Under the pieces are notes generated by a model, which did not search any database, was not told the DNA's origin, and saw only the letters and a list, made by a program, of their open reading frames with translations. A program made the position numbers and the translations under genes. A stretch of DNA of 20,000 nucleotides, taken from the IMG/VR virus record IMGVR_UViG_3300032291_003129, one strand, 5' to 3'. Positions 18,607 through 20,000 of this stretch are shown here, piece by piece; the stretch's first letter is position 1; the number at the start of each line of letters is the position of its first letter. The DNA comes from an uncultured virus (IMG/VR IMGVR_UViG_3300032291_003129) (Duplodnaviria; Heunggongvirae; Uroviricota; Caudoviricetes).

Positions 18607-20000
18607 ATGGCAAACATATTAATATCAAATTTACCTACATATATAGGAAACACTGACGGTGTTTTTGTGGTTATGAACGACAGTGGTAATACCACAACAT
18701 ATAAAGTAACCAAAGAAGATTTAATTGGGGCCTCAGGTACTTCGGGTACTAGCGGTACTTCAGGCACTAGTGGAACTTCAGGTACATCTGGTACATCAGG
18801 AACTAGTGGAACATCAGGTACTTCTGCAACCGCGGGAACTGCGGGTTCATCAGGAACAAGTGGGACTTCGGGTACATCAGGAACTTCTGGTACTACGGGT
18901 ACATCAGGAACATCTGCAACTAGTGGAACTTCAGGTACAAGTGGAACATCAGCAACAGCTGGTACTACGGGTACATCAGGAACTTCAGGAACATCAGGTA
19001 CAACAGGAACTAGTGGTACTTCAGGAACATCAGGAACATCTGCAACTAGCGGAACTTCAGGTACATCTGGTACTTCAGGCTCAACAGGAACTAGCGGAAC
19101 ATCTGGAGGAACAGGTTCTACAGGAACAAGCGGTACAAGTGGAACTTCAGGAACATCTGCAACTAGCGGAACTTCAGGTACTTCAGGCTCAACAGGAACT
19201 AGCGGAACATCTGGAGGAACAGGTTCTACAGGAACAAGTGGTACTTCGGGTACAACAGGAACTAGTGGAACATCTGGCACAACAGGAACATCAGGCTCGT
19301 CAGGTACAACAGGAACTAGTGGAACTTCAGGTACTTCGGCAACTGCAGGAACTGCGGGTTCTTCGGGTACAAGTGGTACATCAGGAACTAGTGGTACAAC
19401 AGGAACTAGCGGAACATCTGGTACAACAGGAACTTCAGGTACAACAGGAACTTCAGGTACTTCAGCAACCGCAGGAACTGCAGGTTCATCTGGTACTAGT
19501 GGAACATCAGCTACTTCAGGAACTAGTGGTACTTCAGGTTCAACAGGAACTAGTGGTACATCAGGAACTAGCGGAACATCAGCGACTTCAGGTTCAACGG
19601 GAACTAGTGGTACATCAGGAACTAGCGGAACATCAGCGACTTCAGGAACATCTGGTTCAACAGGTACATCAGGGACTAGTGGAACATCAGGTACTTCGGC
19701 AACCGCAGGAACTGCAGGTTCATCTGGTACGAGTGGAACTTCAGGCTCAACAGGAACTAGTGGAACATCGGCTACTTCAGGAACATCTGGTACAACAGGA
19801 ACTAGTGGTTCAAGTGGAACTTCAGGTACATCAGGAACAACAGGAACTAGTGGTACATCAGGAACAACAGGAACATCAGGTACCTCGGCAACCGCAGGAA
19901 CTGCAGGTTCGTCTGGTACAAGTGGAACAACAGGTACATCAGGAACTAGTGGAACATCAGGTACAACAGGAACTAGTGGAACATCAGCTACTTCAGGAAC
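18607..20000 (+). CDS. Second G-X-Y (Gly/Ala-Thr-Ser) repeat fibre protein, truncated by the window end (>464 aa)
   Basis: ATG 18607: [40 protein letters not shown] then GASGTSGTS..., with the frame open to base 20000. Absent from the ORF track because it has no stop in the window. Confidence 0.88.
   Translation, partial: MANILISNLPTYIGNTDGVFVVMNDSGNTTTYKVTKEDLIGASGTSGTSGTSGTSGTSGTSGTSGTSGTSGTSATAGTAGSSGTSGTSGTSGTSGTTGTSGTSATSGTSGTSGTSATAGTTGTSGTSGTSGTTGTSGTSGTSGTSATSGTSGTSGTSGSTGTSGTSGGTGSTGTSGTSGTSGTSATSGTSGTSGSTGTSGTSGGTGSTGTSGTSGTTGTSGTSGTTGTSGSSGTTGTSGTSGTSATAGTAGSSGTSGTSGTSGTTGTSGTSGTTGTSGTTGTSGTSATAGTAGSSGTSGTSATSGTSGTSGSTGTSGTSGTSGTSATSGSTGTSGTSGTSGTSATSGTSGSTGTSGTSGTSGTSATAGTAGSSGTSGTSGSTGTSGTSATSGTSGTTGTSGSSGTSGTSGTTGTSGTSGTTGTSGTSATAGTAGSSGTSGTTGTSGTSGTSGTTGTSGTSATSG
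18727..20000 (+). repeat. 9-nt-period coding repeat ([18 protein letters not shown] triplets)
   Basis: About 141 triplets up to the window end. The higher-order unit [12 protein letters not shown] occurs five times. Confidence 0.93.

Larger units (their letters stand above)
1..20000 (+). mobile_element. Structural (baseplate/tail/fibre) module of a large tailed bacteriophage, probably infecting Bacteroidota
   Basis: All credible genes are co-oriented with overlapping stop/start codons. The window has a gpI-like KGT baseplate motif, fibre-like G-X-Y proteins with a phage-type C-terminal domain and a free-standing HNH gene. There are no housekeeping genes and no evident signal peptides. Free phage versus prophage cannot be decided from this window. 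Confidence 0.85.

Noticed and set aside
18587..18609. Readthrough fusion of the 133-aa gene with the second fibre gene
   Set aside because: The two genes are in different frames, and the gap has its own TATTTATA motif and ATG.
13425..19280. Long minus-strand VP-rich ORFs (13425-15251, 18528-19280) and plus-strand alternative-frame ORFs (13751-17089, 17255-17692)
   Set aside because: These are shadow frames of the GTS repeat, which has few stops in those frames. The alternative + frame is broken exactly at the GLS landmarks, and none has a complex domain or plausible leader.
13681..20000. Possible CRISPR array, satellite or DGR template/variable repeat pair
   Set aside because: There is no constant repeat with unique spacers, variation follows synonymous codon positions, differences between copies are not adenine-specific, and there is no reverse transcriptase or cas gene in the window.

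Overview
AT-rich, fully + strand, tightly packed virion-morphogenesis region of what is most likely a large contractile-tailed (myovirus-like) bacteriophage. A Bacteroidota host is inferred from A-rich leaders without Shine-Dalgarno sites and from SprB-like repeats. Gene order: a translationally coupled block of putative baseplate/tail genes (including a PKD-like protein and a P2 gpI-like wedge protein), interrupted by a free-standing zinc-finger HNH endonuclease; a protein with 7 SprB-like repeats; a small Cys-repeat protein; a protein with a ~376-aa Thr-X (mucin-like) stalk; a 1767-aa fibre with ~1311 aa of proline-free Gly-Thr-Ser triplets; a terminator; a small adaptor-like gene; and a second Gly/Ala-Thr-Ser fibre gene (18607 to beyond the window end) that the ORF track missed. 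Main observations: the giant Pro-free G-X-Y fibres with internal landmarks and a sequence patch shared between paralogues, a ~140-aa C-terminal domain shared by two adjacent structural proteins, a TATTTAT(A) motif in four intergenic gaps, and no GATC found in 20 kb by manual scan. All functional calls come from motif recognition by eye; no database searches were run.
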